Positions 24,515 through 36,659 of a stretch of 64,000 nucleotides of DNA are shown here, in pieces. Below the pieces are notes generated by a model. That model had not been told where the DNA came from. It was given only the letters and a program-made list of their open reading frames with translations, and searched no databases. The stretch lies in assembly GCA_951406725.2 (NCBI GenBank), contig OX597831.1:48608001-48672000 (forward strand), written 5' to 3'. Within the stretch, counting starts at the first letter, position 1, and the number at the start of each line of letters is the position of its first letter. The translations under genes and the position numbers were made by a program. This stretch comes from Octopus vulgaris. Lineage: Eukaryota.

Positions 24515-24718
24515 CCATGATAGATCGGTAGCCATTACACAGTTTTTTTCCTTTCCTTGTTTCTCTCCTTGTTTCTTTCTGTGTTCCTTTCTGTAGAAGA
24601 GCATAGGCTCAAAACGTAAAAGACTTTCTCAATTCCTGAGCGTTATACTAATACATCTATTTGTTTTCTACACTACCTGTCTTCGTCTTTCGTTTTTTTT
24701 TTTTTGTGAATTCTCCCT
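24515..24718 (+). mobile_element. ~200-bp dispersed repeat in (TA)n with a hammerhead-like motif
   Basis: Copies at 61076-61262 and 63243-63435. Motif CTTT-CTGTRGAA-GAGC(ATAG)GCTC-GAAA-CG-TA-AAAG. Confidence 0.75.
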
Positions 24719-24726
24719 ATATATAT

Positions 24727-24764
<38 letters not shown>

Positions 24765-24771
24765 CACATAC

Positions 24772-24811
<40 letters not shown>

Positions 24812-24988
24812 GCGTGTGTACATACATATATATATGTGTGTGTATTTAAAAATTTTTTAAGAATTTTTTGAAGTTACATTATTTTTTTCTATTTATTGAG
24901 CAATGAAACTCGTTTTTAAAGAGAATTATATCATGTTTGTTTTGCTGGTATTAAGTGCATGGGAGTTTTCACACACATTTGTGTTTAT

Positions 24989-25059
<71 letters not shown>

Positions 25060-25481
25060 TGTGTGTGTGTTAGTGTGCGTCTATATGTGTGTGTATTTTG
25101 GTAGCAAGTATTTCTTTCCTTTATTTTTTTTAATACTCTCTTTTTGTAAGCCACAATTTGACACCTTGTCGTAGGGTTTTTAAAGTTAAAGATTAGGATT
25201 TATTTATTTATTTATTTATCTATTTATTGCACTTAAGAACATTTGCAGAATAAATTAAGAGAAGTGACTTAACATTTACAAGGAATTGAAACCATTTCCT
25301 TTTCTCAACTTTCCTGTCGTTTACTTTCTACCTTATGCTTTCTGCACTGAAGTTTATAAAGAAGAATTGATTATTTTTTAATTATTTTGTCTTTTTTTGT
25401 TTTTGATGTTTTTGTGTTTTTCTTTACTGCTTTTTTTTTTTTTTGATATCTGTGATTCAAGTCTTACCATTTATGCGTTTA

Positions 25482-25711
25482 TTAACCCTTTAGTGTTCAT
25501 ATTATTCTGCCAAAGTTAATGCCTTTTCATCCACATTGTTTTGAACTAATCATTCATTAATCTTGTAGCTATGAGATTTTGATGAAGTAGCTGTTAATTT
25601 TGAAAACGATATTGTAGGGTTGGTGTGAGAGACCAGATCTGGCCAGTTTGAACATAAAACAGGCAGAATACTTTTGGCCGGATATGGCCGGTTTAAATGT
25701 TAATGGGTTAA
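25482..25711. mobile_element. piggyBac-like MITE
   Basis: TTAA-CCCTTTAG...AATGGG-TTAA termini. Confidence 0.65.
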
Positions 25712-25919
25712 GGAAGCAAAATAAGGCCATATAATTGTTGCACCATTTTCCACTAATATCAACGGTGCCACAGATGAAGTGAAATGAACTGGTGTGATTT
25801 CAACTCTGAAATGAAACCAGTTTTAACAGACTCATCTCATAAAATGGATGTGGTTTGGTAATTTGTTTCTTTGTGATGTTCATCCTCATTTTCTAGAAGA
25901 AATTGTTTCTGTATCAAGC

Positions 25920-26170
25920 TGTTCTGAGTTCAAATTCTGCCAAAATCAATTTTCCCTTCATCGTTTTGGGATCAATGAAATAATTATCAGTTGAGCACTG
26001 GAGTTGAAGAAATTGAGAAACCATCCACCCCTACCCTACCAAATAAATTTCAGACTTTGTGCCCATAGCAGAAAAAATTCTTCTTCTTCTTCTTTTTCTT
26101 CTTCTTCTTCTTCTTCTTCTTCTTCTTCTTCTTCTTCTTCTTCTTCTTCTTCTTCCTATTATTATTATTA

Positions 26171-26229
<59 letters not shown>

Positions 26230-26610
26230 ATTAATATTATTGTGGTGAGCTGGTAGAATCATTTGCATGCTGGGCGAAATGCATACCAGTATTTTGTCCG
26301 TCCTTACATTCTGTGTTCAAATTCTGCCAAAGTAGACTTTGCCTTTCATCCTTTCAGGGTTGATAAATTAAGTACCAGTGAAACACTGGCGTCAATGGAA
26401 GTGACTAGTCCCCTCCCCACAAATTTCAGGCCTTGCACCTACAGTAGAAAGGAGTTTCATGTTGTTGTTGTTGTTATTACTGTTGTTGTTGTTGTTGTTG
26501 TTATCGTTATCATCATCATCATCATCATCATTATTATTAAGGTGGCAAGCTGGTAGAATCGTTGGCACTCTACCTGGAAATTGCTGGCCTTGTGCCAAAA
26601 TATGAAATTA
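25920..26610 (+). mobile_element. SINE family A cluster (25920-26075, 26243-26452, 26538-26610) with TTC/TTA/GTT microsatellites
   Basis: Similar to other family A copies. Confidence 0.75.
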
Positions 26611-26689
26611 TTTACAAAGGTTCAAAAAAATATTCCAGGGGTGGATGATAGAGATGTAGCTCTCCTGATACAGGATGACTTCTTTGAAG

Positions 26690-27157
26690 AAGTCAAGTCC
26701 ACTTGGAAAGGAAATTGAGAGTGGAGAGTGAAGTGCTGTCCTCAAACGTGTTTATTGAAAGGTGGGTGAAAGTTGCGAAAATGGCAAAAGTGGATGGTAC
26801 CTCTCTAAGTGTAGACCTGTGAGTCAGAGAGAAGGAAGTGGAGAGGGCACTTGCTCTTGATGTTAAGCGAAATCTCAAACAGTGGTGTTCCTCGATTATC
26901 TCTAGAAGTTACCCCGTATCAGGAGGGCTACATCTCTACCAGCTTCCCTGCCCCTCTTTTTTGTTTTAAACCTTTGTATACTATGCATATGTCCCTTCCT
27001 TTTCATTGTATACCATGTATGCTTGCTTTATTTTTTATAATTATTTTATAATTTCATTATATGTAAACCCCCTCACTTTATGTCTGTTTTTCTATTGTCC
27101 CCCTCATCCTTTGCCCAGGTGGCAAATAAATGAAATCATTATTATTATTATTATTAT
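26690..27157 (+). mobile_element. L1/Tx1-like LINE 3' fragment
   Basis: HLERKLRVESEVLSSNVFIERWVKVAKMAKVDGTSLSVDL* has the F...W terminal motif of L1-group ORF2. A pyrimidine-rich UTR, AATAAA and (ATT)n follow. Confidence 0.5.
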
Positions 27158-27159
27158 GA

Positions 27160-27600
27160 TTGAGTGAGATAGCAGTGCATACCATCAAAGTGACACCTGT
27201 CTGATAAGGATACACCAAAAATATGCATCACAACCATATGTGTACGACATAGTGATCTCATATCAAAGTAAACAGTGCATGACCTTGCAGGTGGGACCCA
27301 GTTAGAATTTTCGTCAGGCTTAATAGCCCATCCTGCTCAAAAGGCCCCTGATTAAGGTTTGTTTAAGGATGATGAACAAAGCACCCATGTTTCCAGAGGT
27401 GAATAATGCAAATTCCAAAGAATTCCTCTCAACACATGGCTATGATGCACTCTCAATATTTCTGTTGATGATCAGAGATGCACATATCATTAGCCACCAA
27501 AGGACATACTCAACTGGCTAAGGTAAAAAAACTGACTGGCAAATCTGTGGTAGTGAGTAGAATATTTGCTGTAGCCCATCTTTTATACCAAGACAAAACA
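27160..27600 (-). mobile_element. Repeat family D
   Basis: Reverse complement of 4090-4570. Confidence 0.8.
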
Positions 27601-27609
27601 CTGTTAACC

Positions 27610-27692
27610 ACCACACCATATGCCCATAGTGGTTAAGAGTGCAGGCTACTAACCCCAAGATCCCGACTTCGATTCCAAGCAGTGACCTGAAC

Positions 27693-27745
<53 letters not shown>

Positions 27746-27912
27746 CATCGAAAAATACCTTAGGAATGAGAACCCAGGTGTCCCCAAGACACCTGAAAAA
27801 GGCTGGAGAGTATATCAGCCAAAACGTTGTGTTAACAACAAACAAGATGAGGACAAATATCCGTTGAATGTAAATAATGTACATAATTCCTCATCTCTTA
27901 AATTTAGAACTG
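27610..27912 (+). mobile_element. tRNA-headed SINE with internal (AAT)n and a hammerhead-like tail
   Basis: A-box TAGTGGTTAAG and B-box-like CTTCGATTCC. Tail ACAC-CTGAAAA-A-GGCTG...CAGCC-AAAA-CG-TT-GTGT. Confidence 0.6.
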
Positions 27913-28057
27913 TTTAGTTCTATTATTCTGTAATTAATTAGTTTAAATGTACACAAATGCATAAAAATAATACCATTAGACATTCTAAAATACTATTAGA
28001 TTTCATTCAGTTTTAAAAAAGGTAAAATTGGGCAGAACTTATGGGGTGACGTGATAC

Positions 28058-28176
28058 ATCATGGGTATGCATGTCTGTGGAGTGCTCAGCCACTTGCATG
28101 TTAATTTCATGAGCAGGCTGTTCTGTTGATTGGATCAACTGGAACTCTCATTGGCATAACCGATGGAGTGCCAGTC
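28058..28176 (-). mobile_element. Repeat family G (SINE body GCCTGCTCGTGAAATTAACGTGCAAGTGGCTGAGCACTCC)
   Basis: Opposite-orientation copy at 47283-47445. Confidence 0.65.
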
Positions 28177-28650
28177 ATGTGACTGGTCAAATGAAATCAT
28201 CATCACCATCATTATGATCATCATCATCATCATTATAACTCTTATCTCAGTTAGTCAATGTGTTGGTAATTATACAGACATAGTCAATCTCACTACCAAA
28301 CAAAACTTAATGTTAACATATTTATTTCAGAAGACATCAAACAGCTAATTAGAAATAATTAATCAATTAGGGAAAAATGAAACTACAGCAACAAAAACAA
28401 AAAAAACCAACAACACAATATTAATGAGTGATTATTAAAATTTTTTTTTTTTTGTTAATTATGGGAGATAATTTATGTTTCAATCATATTTGATCTCATC
28501 AGCAAAGCGTAGGTGTATGAAACATGTTTCAGATATGACCACTCTTGAGTACAATTAGATGTGTAACTGATGACATGATGTGACATTTAATTGTTTAGCT
28601 ATTAATTTTGTGTCTCTAACAAAACTTAATGTACCCCAACAATTTTAATT

Positions 28651-28883
28651 TTAGCCCTTTTTTGATATGAACCCACCTGAGACTGCCCCTGATTTGGGGA
28701 ATACAAACTTCCTTTTTTTAAATTTATCTAAATTAAAACTTTCCAACAAAATTTTATGTCAATTTATGTTTGAAGTACCGCTTAGTAATAACAAAATTAT
28801 TTTACCAATTTCTTCGTTATTTTTAAAGTTAATTGAAACAAATGCAATGTAGCTTAACCGGAATTTGGTAACAAATGGGTTAA
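28651..28883. mobile_element. piggyBac-like MITE
   Basis: TTAG-CCCTTT...AATGGG-TTAA termini. The body is related to 35441-35664. Confidence 0.6.
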
Positions 28884-28940
28884 AAAGCATGTCAGTAAGT
28901 GGATGTCGTTGGCAGAAACTGGAAGAAGTGGTGGAAAGCT

Positions 28941-29175
28941 AAGGCGGCGAGCTAGCAGAAATGTTAGCATGCCGGGTGAAATGCTTAGTGGTATTTCATC
29001 TGCCATTACATTCTGAGTTCAAATTCTTCCGAGGTCGACTTTGCCTTTCATCCTTTCAGAGTCGATAAATTAAGTACCAGTTGTGCACTGGGGTCAATGT
29101 AATCGACTTAATCCCTTTCTCAGTCCTTGTTTGTCCCCTCTATGTTTAGCCCCTTGTGGGCAATAAAGAAATAAG
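28941..29175 (+). mobile_element. SINE family A, long-tail variant
   Basis: Well-preserved head. Tail TTGTCCCCTCTATGTTTAGCCCCTTGTGGGCAATAAAGAAAT. Confidence 0.85.
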
Positions 29176-29199
29176 AAACTGAAAGAAGCCCATCACATA

Positions 29200-29251
<52 letters not shown>

Positions 29252-29252
<1 letters not shown>

Positions 29253-29461
29253 TCTTTACTCTCTTTACTCTTTTACTTGTTTCAGTCATTTGACTGCGGC
29301 CATGCTGGAGCACCACCTTTAGTTGAGGATATCGACCCTCAGGACTTATTCTTTGTAAGCCTAGTACTTATTCCATCGGTCTATTTTGCCGAACCGCTAA
29401 GTTACAGGGACATAAACACACCAGCATCGGTTGTCAAGCGATGTTTGGGAGACAAACACAG

Positions 29462-29511
<50 letters not shown>

Positions 29512-29668
29512 GACGAGCTTCTTTCAGTTTCTGTCTACCAAATCCACTCACAAGGCTTTGGTCGGCCCGAGGCTATAGTAGAAGACACTTGCCCAAGGTG
29601 CCACACACTGGGACTGAACCCGGAACCATGTGGCTGGTAAGCAAGCTACTTACCACACAGCCACTCCT
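29252..29668 (-). mobile_element. SINE family B (accounts for most of ORF 29199-29963)
   Basis: Similar to other copies. Confidence 0.88.
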
Positions 29669-30097
29669 CAAAATTTTTAATTTTGGACATAGATTTACCA
29701 AAGATTTCAAATCCACAAAGCCAAAGCCTTGTGGACAGCTCGTCAGACTCTATACAAACTCTTCATTGTGGAGAGAACCAAAATTCTTAAGGACTATACT
29801 AAACCTGTCGTGTAAAATAGTCATAAAGAAGTTTTTTCTAAATGTATCCACTTCAAGTGCTACCTACCAGAAAATCGGATTTCCCTGTTTGCTGGTTAAG
29901 CTTTCTCGTATCTATAAAGGTTGTTTTATCCTCTGGTTCAAGGGAGACAAGCCGTCCTCATAATGTTTTTATGTATTAAGACTTAAATCTTAATTTTTTA
30001 GCGTTTCCTCACATCCTCGACATAGAAAATTAAAATTTTTTGTCTTTGTATAGAGTCTGAAACCTTTGGTAACTCTTTGTCCAAAATTTTAATTTTT
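29669..30097. repeat. Imperfect inverted-repeat element
   Basis: AATTTTGGACATAGATTTACCAAAGATTTCA pairs with TGAAACCTTTGGTAACTCTTTGTCCAAAATT. TCAGACTCTATACAAA pairs with TTTGTATAGAGTCTGA. Confidence 0.65.
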
Positions 30098-30160
30098 GTT
30101 GTAATAATTACTGCTCTATTCTTTAGAATGTGCTTCTTTTCTGATATCTCTTTTATTGAC

Positions 30161-30345
30161 TACTAGCAGTATAACCCGGCTTTGCCCGTGATTAAATTAG
30201 GATTATTAAGCTAATCAAGTTCTTTATTTCAAACCAAACTAAGTAACATCGACGTCAAATCTGGGCGAAATCCATTGAAATTGGTTTATATATATGGGCA
30301 ACACACACACACATACACACACGTACGTACGTCAATTGCATACAT
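30161..30345. mobile_element. Helitron/Helentron-like non-autonomous remnant
   Basis: Terminus TACTAGCAGTATAACCCGGCTTTGCCCG and an internal (CA)n, as in HINE/DINE-type elements. Confidence 0.45.
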
Positions 30346-30654
30346 GTTTTTTTTACGCTTACATGTTTGTGTGTGTGTGTGTGTTGCCCGTTTATCTACA
30401 AAACACTTTTTTCCTCGATGGAAAAAAAACAACAAAAGTCTTCACAAAAACTTACTCGTCGCTAGAATGGTGATTTCTCCGACTTGAAAATTGTTAAAAG
30501 TTTTGGTTGAAATTTTATTTTTGCTGCTATTCGCTGGTGCCTCTGGGGAAAATAAGTTGACGAAAATACAGCTAGGGTCATGATGAATGTCCTCCAAAAA
30601 TTGGAGTGAGATGCGTGCTAATTTGTGGACGTGCATATATTACATTCCAGCACA

Positions 30655-31718
30655 TGCCAGGTGGAAAATCTAGAAGTTGTTCACAGCTTCCATTACCTAG
30701 GTGACCAAGTTAGCAGTGGAGGTGGATGTTCTGAGAGCATAGCTGCTAGAATAAGAATAGCCTGGGCAAAGTTCAGACAGCTCTTACCTATGCTGGTAAT
30801 GAAGGGCCTCTCACTCACAGTGAAAGGTAGACTGTATGATACATGTGTGTGAACAGCCATACTACATGGCAGTGAAACATGGGCTGTGACTGCTGAGGAA
30901 ATGCATAGGCATGAAAGAAATGAAGCTAGTTTGCTCCACTGGATGTGTAATGTTAGTGTACATATATGACAGAGTGTAAGCACCCTGAGAGAAAAGTTGG
31001 ACAAAAGAAGCATCAGGTGTGGTGTGCAAGGGAGACGACTGTGTTGGTATGGTCATGTGTTACATATGGATGAGGACAGCTGTAAAAAGAAGTGCCAATC
31101 TCTAACTGTGGAAGATGTAGACTCTGGAAGACCTGGGATGAGGTAGTGAAGCATGACCTTCGAACATTCGGCTTCACAGAGGTGATGACAAACGACTGTG
31201 ACCTTTGGCGATATGCTGTGCTTGAGAAGACCCGGCAAGCTAAGTGAGATTGTAGCTATGGCATATGCCAATGTTACATAACCAGCTCATTTAAGAGTTC
31301 CCTTCAATCGTCAGCTAATGTGCTGTGCTTGAGAAGACCTATTGAGTCTAGTAAAATCACTGTCATGGCTGATACCGGTACTGCTTGACTGGTGCCCATA
31401 CCGGTGGCATGTAAAAACTACCATTCGAGCATGGTTGATACCAGTGCCACCAGACTTGCTTCTGTGCTGGGGACACGTAAAAAGCACCATTTGAGCATGG
31501 TCAATGCCAGTGCCACCTGACTGACCTCCATGCCAGTGACACATAAAAAGCACCTACTACACTTTTGGAGTGGTTGGCATTAGTAAGGGCATCCAGCTGC
31601 AGAAACCTTTCCAGATAAGGTTGGATCCTGGTGCAACCTCCTGGTTTGTCAGTCCTCAGTCAAACCATCCAACCCATACCAGCATGGAAAGCAGACGTTA
31701 AACAACGATGATAATGAT
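30655..31718 (+). mobile_element. RTE-clade LINE, 5'-truncated, decayed RT C-terminus plus 3'UTR
   Basis: LEVVHSFHYLGDQVSSGGGCSESIAARIRIAWAKFRQLLP.L...LSLTVKGRLYDTCV*TAILHGSETWAV...RRLCWYGHV. The UTR has GGCATGTAAAAAGCACCATT repeats and a (GAT)n tail. Confidence 0.9.
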
Positions 31719-31719
31719 G

Positions 31720-32190
31720 AGAGAGCAGCATATGCCATCAGAGTGACACTGGGGTAAAATATATGAAGCCCAATATACCCATCATGACTACCCATCTGAT
31801 AAGGGTACACCAGCCACATGCATCACAATGATATGTTCATGACATGATGATCTCCTATCAAGATAAGCAGAGCATGACCTTGTAGGTGGGGCCCAGTTAG
31901 AATTTTCTTCAGGTTGAGTATCCCATACCACCCAAAAAGTCACTGAATAAAGTTTATTTAAGGATGTTGAAGGAAACAGCCATGTTTCCAGAGGTGAATT
32001 ATCCAAACCTCAAAGAATTCCTCTCAGCACATGGGTATGATGCTTCCCCACTGCTTCTGCTCATAATCAGAGACGCACATATCATCAGCCACTAAGGAAC
32101 ATGCTCAACTGGTTATGATCAAGCAACTGATAAATAAATCTATGGTATGGAGCCGAATATTTGTTGTAGCCCATCTTTTATACCAAGAGA
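31720..32190 (-). mobile_element. Repeat family D
   Basis: Reverse complement of 4090-4570. Confidence 0.8.
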
Positions 32191-32475
32191 TTATTATCAT
32201 TATTTCATCTTTCATTTAAAATCAGCAAGACAGTAACTACCCACTGAGTGAAACCACTCACCTAGGATAGGTATTGCAGAGTAACGTTCTTTTCAACTCA
32301 GCTGCCAACCCTATATGTGTTTAGGAATACATATATATATACATGCACACAAACACACACATATATATGTATGTAATTATGTATATGTATATACATACAT
32401 ATTTATTTATTTATTTTTTTTTTTTAAATTTATTTAGTTTCAGCTCACTAGCTGTGGCCATGCTGGGGCACCGCC

Positions 32476-32511
<36 letters not shown>

Positions 32512-33489
32512 CTTTGGTTTATATATATATATATATATGCCAAAGGTTTGGGGAAAATAGATTACAATGATAATCTATATTGGGGTTGATAATATAAAGT
32601 AGCAGCTAACTGCTGGTGTTGACGAGATCAACTGACCCATCATCATCATCCCCATCATTATCATCACCATCATCATTATCAATCTTGTTCTCATCATTGT
32701 CATTATCATAATCATCATAATGACCATTGTCATGACTATAATCCTCCTCCACCTCCTATCCCTCCTCACCCCCTCTTCCTCCTTCTTTTCCTCCTCTTCC
32801 TCACCATCATCATCATCATCATCATCATCATTATCATCCTCAACATTTTACACCTGCTTTTCCATGCAGAATTAGGTTGGACAGACTTTTGGAAGTAATA
32901 TTTTTACAGCCCGATGCCCTACCTTACCCTCTCACCAACCTTTTTAGTCACCTCTTACATCATGTAGCATTGTATGCCTCTGCATGTATTTTTTTAAAAC
33001 CATTTATTCATTCTAAATCCAGGATACACATGGGAGTGTCAGCTTTTATGTAATTTTCTTCAAACTCTGATCATGTGCTTCAGCTTTTATTTTTTTCTTT
33101 TGGTATATGTGTTAAATTATGTATGGTAGATATTTATCATTAAATTAGTTATTCTGCAAAAGTTTGGTTGTGTCTAGAAACATCATATTTAAATATTATC
33201 TTCTTTGTGCAATTTGGATATTCTGAAAAAAAAAATGAATATTTTAAAAACTTTTATTTTTCCTTTTTTTTCAATCAGCTTCTGTGCATCTTCAACACAT
33301 TTTGGATATTTCTAGTTCATTGCATTCTCTACGAATTTCCAGTCGCCTCATTGACCTAGCATTTCCACAGTTGTCTCATGGACCTATGTTCAATACAGCA
33401 ATTGAAAATCTATTACCTGATACATTTTGTTGCTTTGGTGGATACAGCCAAATACAGTTCATACAAAACAAGGCAATATCAAAGCATAA

Positions 33490-33818
33490 TATTAGATAGT
33501 TCTGAAAATAATGGCCACTCTAAGTATTGTGTTTTGAAACGTAATTTATCATAGTATTTTAATTATATTTTAGGTGAATTTCGGCACTTAATAATTGATG
33601 TATTCTCTTCAATAATTTTCTACTTATTTCAGACAGAAAACACTCTTGAAGCATAGGTGCCCTTAATTAGGAACATAACAAAAAAAAAAGACCTTTGCTT
33701 ACTTTTCTTGCATGAGTTCAAGCTTGGGCACAATGCCTCCCAAACTGCTGCCAGAATCAGCAGAGCGTGGGGAGAGGGGTACACAAGTGATTGCACAGTA
33801 CAAAGGTGGTTTCAAAAA
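33490..33818 (+). mobile_element. Mariner 5' fragment
   Basis: KKDLCLLFLHEFKLGHNASQTAARISRAWGEGYTSDCTVQRWFQK is the mariner HTH. A putative TIR, TATTAGATAGTTCTGAAAATAATGGCC, lies upstream. Confidence 0.8.
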
Positions 33819-33847
33819 TAATAATGATGATGATGATGATGATGATG

Positions 33848-33905
<58 letters not shown>

Positions 33906-34119
33906 TAATAATAATAATAATAATGATAATAATAATAATAATAATGATAATAATAATAATAATAATAATAATGAGCTCCTTGTATATACTCCTGTGATGA
34001 ACATGTATGTCAAAATAGGTAAAAAACAGAAAAGAGACAGAAATTGGCACTAACTCAAGTAAAGAATGGCAGCAAGGAAAACCAAATGTGCATACACAGT
34101 ACACAGAATAAAATTTTAA

Positions 34120-34460
34120 TAGACATAAAGTAGATTAGTAAAAGAGGCATGAAGAGGAATGGATGAATAAGCATGTCAGTTTTGAGAAGCATGGAATTTT
34201 TGAAGATCATGTCATGACAGCTAACAACTGATGGGGGTAGTTCCTTCCAGGCTCTAACATTTTGAAGATGGGAAAATGTTTCCAAAAGTCATGCATGTTG
34301 TGCTGTTTTGTTTAATTTTCTTTTTTAAATTTTATAAGTATATCTATGGGTGATAGAAGAATTAATTCAAAAAGTGAGTCCAAGTTGTTGAAAAGATGTG
34401 AGATAATTTTTTGGGTTACTACCAAGTCTGTTGATGCTTGAAGAAGCAAGCAGCAATGAT
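34120..34460 (-). mobile_element. CR1-clade LINE 3' fragment
   Basis: DLVVTQKII...KQH...KHF....VRAWKELPPSVVSC....FKNSM matches the CR1 pattern RV...WN.LP..VV...FK. Confidence 0.65.
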
Positions 34461-34546
34461 CAACTACAGATTTTTCACCAATAATTTTGTGGATTCTTCA
34501 TCAAACTATTGTTCACTCCTTTCATTCATTTAAAGTCCATGTGTGT

Positions 34547-34845
34547 AGATAACTTAGATAACTTAGATATGTTTCGACCAAAGATTGGTCCAGGCCATGT
34601 CTAACTTAATAGCACCACCTGATAGGATTATTGGAATCCTGTTTAAGTCAAGTTTTGTTTAAGTCAAGTTTTGTTCAAGTATTGAGTTCTTATTGGGTGA
34701 GTTGTATCAAGTTTTGTTCAAGTAGTGAGTTCTTGTTGGGTGAGTTGTATCCAATTATGGGTGGCTTATCTGGTATTCTTTGAAGGAATCTATCCAGACT
34801 CCGTTTAAAGTTGATGGGATCCTTTTCCTCTTTGATCTCCTGTAT
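34547..34845 (-). mobile_element. Second CR1-clade LINE 3' end with a (TATCTAAGT)n tail
   Basis: EIKEEKDPINFKRSLDRFLQRIPDKPPIIGYNSPNKNSLLE matches FK..LD.FL..IPD.P...GY...NSL. A terminal hairpin and tandem tail are present. Confidence 0.8.
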
Positions 34846-35440
34846 GTATGTATGCTTGTCATTATTCAGTTTTATTTCAAGATTTCTTACCAATAGTGAA
34901 AGAGCAAGTTTCTAACCTAGATCCAAGGCTTCTTCATTGGAATTTCAACATCAACAACAGAATATTTTTGTATTCATGTGTACATGCAGATTTGTATGTT
35001 TTGTTTTATGTATGTATTCTCATGCATTTAGCTGCATATCTAGACATGCTCATATATTCGTAAATGATAAACTTCTGGAAAGTTTTACAGATTTTCCCAG
35101 TTTCTGCTATGGCTTGGATCTATAGTCTTCAAATCAGCTTTCTCCTTTCTGGTTTTGAGAAGCCTAATTTCTCAAGATTTAGGCAGTGTTACATATCCCA
35201 GTACCCCAGGTATAAACCTAAACTTGAAATCTGGATATTCCTCAATATGTATGTATGTATGTATATATGTGTGTGAGTGTGTGTGTGTGTGAATGTGAAT
35301 GAGTGTGTGCATGTGTGTGTGTGGGACTTGGGCTACTTTAGTGATAGCTAGTCTTCTTTTTCAGCTTCTTTTAATGTAGAGGAAGATATATTATTGTATT
35401 CGATCTGTAGCATGTTTAAATTGTTATTCTTTGTATTATT

Positions 35441-35664
35441 TTAACCCTTTCATTACCAACCCGGCTGAAACTGGCTCTGGCTCTGAGTACAAACGTCTTG
35501 TTTTCATAAATTTTGAATTAAAATTTCCCACCAAGCCTTAGTCGCAATTTATGTTCCTCACACTAGCTTAATGATAACTAAGTTATTTTACTAAATTTTT
35601 TGTTATATTTAAAGTAATTGAAACACAGAGCATCTCAAAATAAATACAGTAACGAAAGGATTAA
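35441..35664. mobile_element. piggyBac-like MITE
   Basis: TTAA-CCCTTTCATTAC...GTAACGAAAGGA-TTAA. Confidence 0.7.
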
Positions 35665-36659
35665 TAGCTTTATCTTCATTTCTGCTATCTTTCATTATGG
35701 CTTTGTCAATCACTATTTGACCCTTAGGGCTCTATTTCAAAAGCACATTTTGCTCTCTTTTTTTTTCATCAAGGTAAAGCATGTTTCTAAGGTATGCATT
35801 TTCTTTATGAGAAAATGTTTAAGCAAAAATCTTTTATTTTACTTCTCTCTCTTTATTGTAAACAATTGATAAACAACACTGGAAAGTTCTCATGTGTTCT
35901 CAGATTTATTTATTAGGTTTAGTTCCACCTTAGTTTGCCATTTCAGTGTTGTCTCTCCATCTTCAAAATAAAAAAAAATCCCTTCAAAAACAAAACAAAA
36001 AAAAGGCAAAAACGAAAGCAATATTAAGAGACTGGCAAATATTTCATGAGCACTTGTGGTTGTGCTTCAGCGAAAAGTTTTAGTATTTTTACAAACAAGA
36101 GGAGCCCTTCCAGTCACAGATTATCACAAGTCCTTGGGTAATTTCTGTTCTTTTCACCAATCCTACTTTTTACTCCTCTCATGAATGTTTTTCCTATGAT
36201 ATTTTTAACAGTCATTTCTAAACTATGTTACAGTATTGTCTCTTAGTTCTACATTATTCCCTGTTTTGTTTGTTTCTTTCTATTGTTCACTCTGAAGGGG
36301 CTTCTTTGTTGCCTTCTTCCTTTATCACATCATATTTTCTTCAAGAACTCTTTCATTCTTTTCTATCTCCACTGGGGCCACTATCTCATCTCTAGTATTG
36401 TTTGTTCTTCCTCGAAAATGTTTCAGTTCGAAACAAACAATCTATTTTGCTCATAAAATCATCAACATTTAAAAAATTTTTATGATTACAGTTATTTATT
36501 TAATTATTTATATTTTTTTTTTACTGCTGTTTATTTCTTTACATCTTTTGTTGATAATCTTTCATTATTTCTGGGAATTCTTGATGCATCATTTTCTATT
36601 TCTTCCATTTTATAGTTTATTCTTTTATTTCACTCCATTTTAAGTATTTAAATAAGTGA

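Noticed and set aside
29199-29963. Longest ORF (254 aa)
   Set aside because: It runs through (TA)n, an antisense SINE B and an inverted-repeat remnant. The same peptide recurs at every SINE copy.
31380-31560. CRISPR-like regularly spaced GGCATGTAAAAAGCACCATT repeats (also 39180-39360 and 4720-4880)
   Set aside because: The spacers are similar to each other, the repeats lie inside an RTE 3'UTR, the context is eukaryotic and there are no cas genes.
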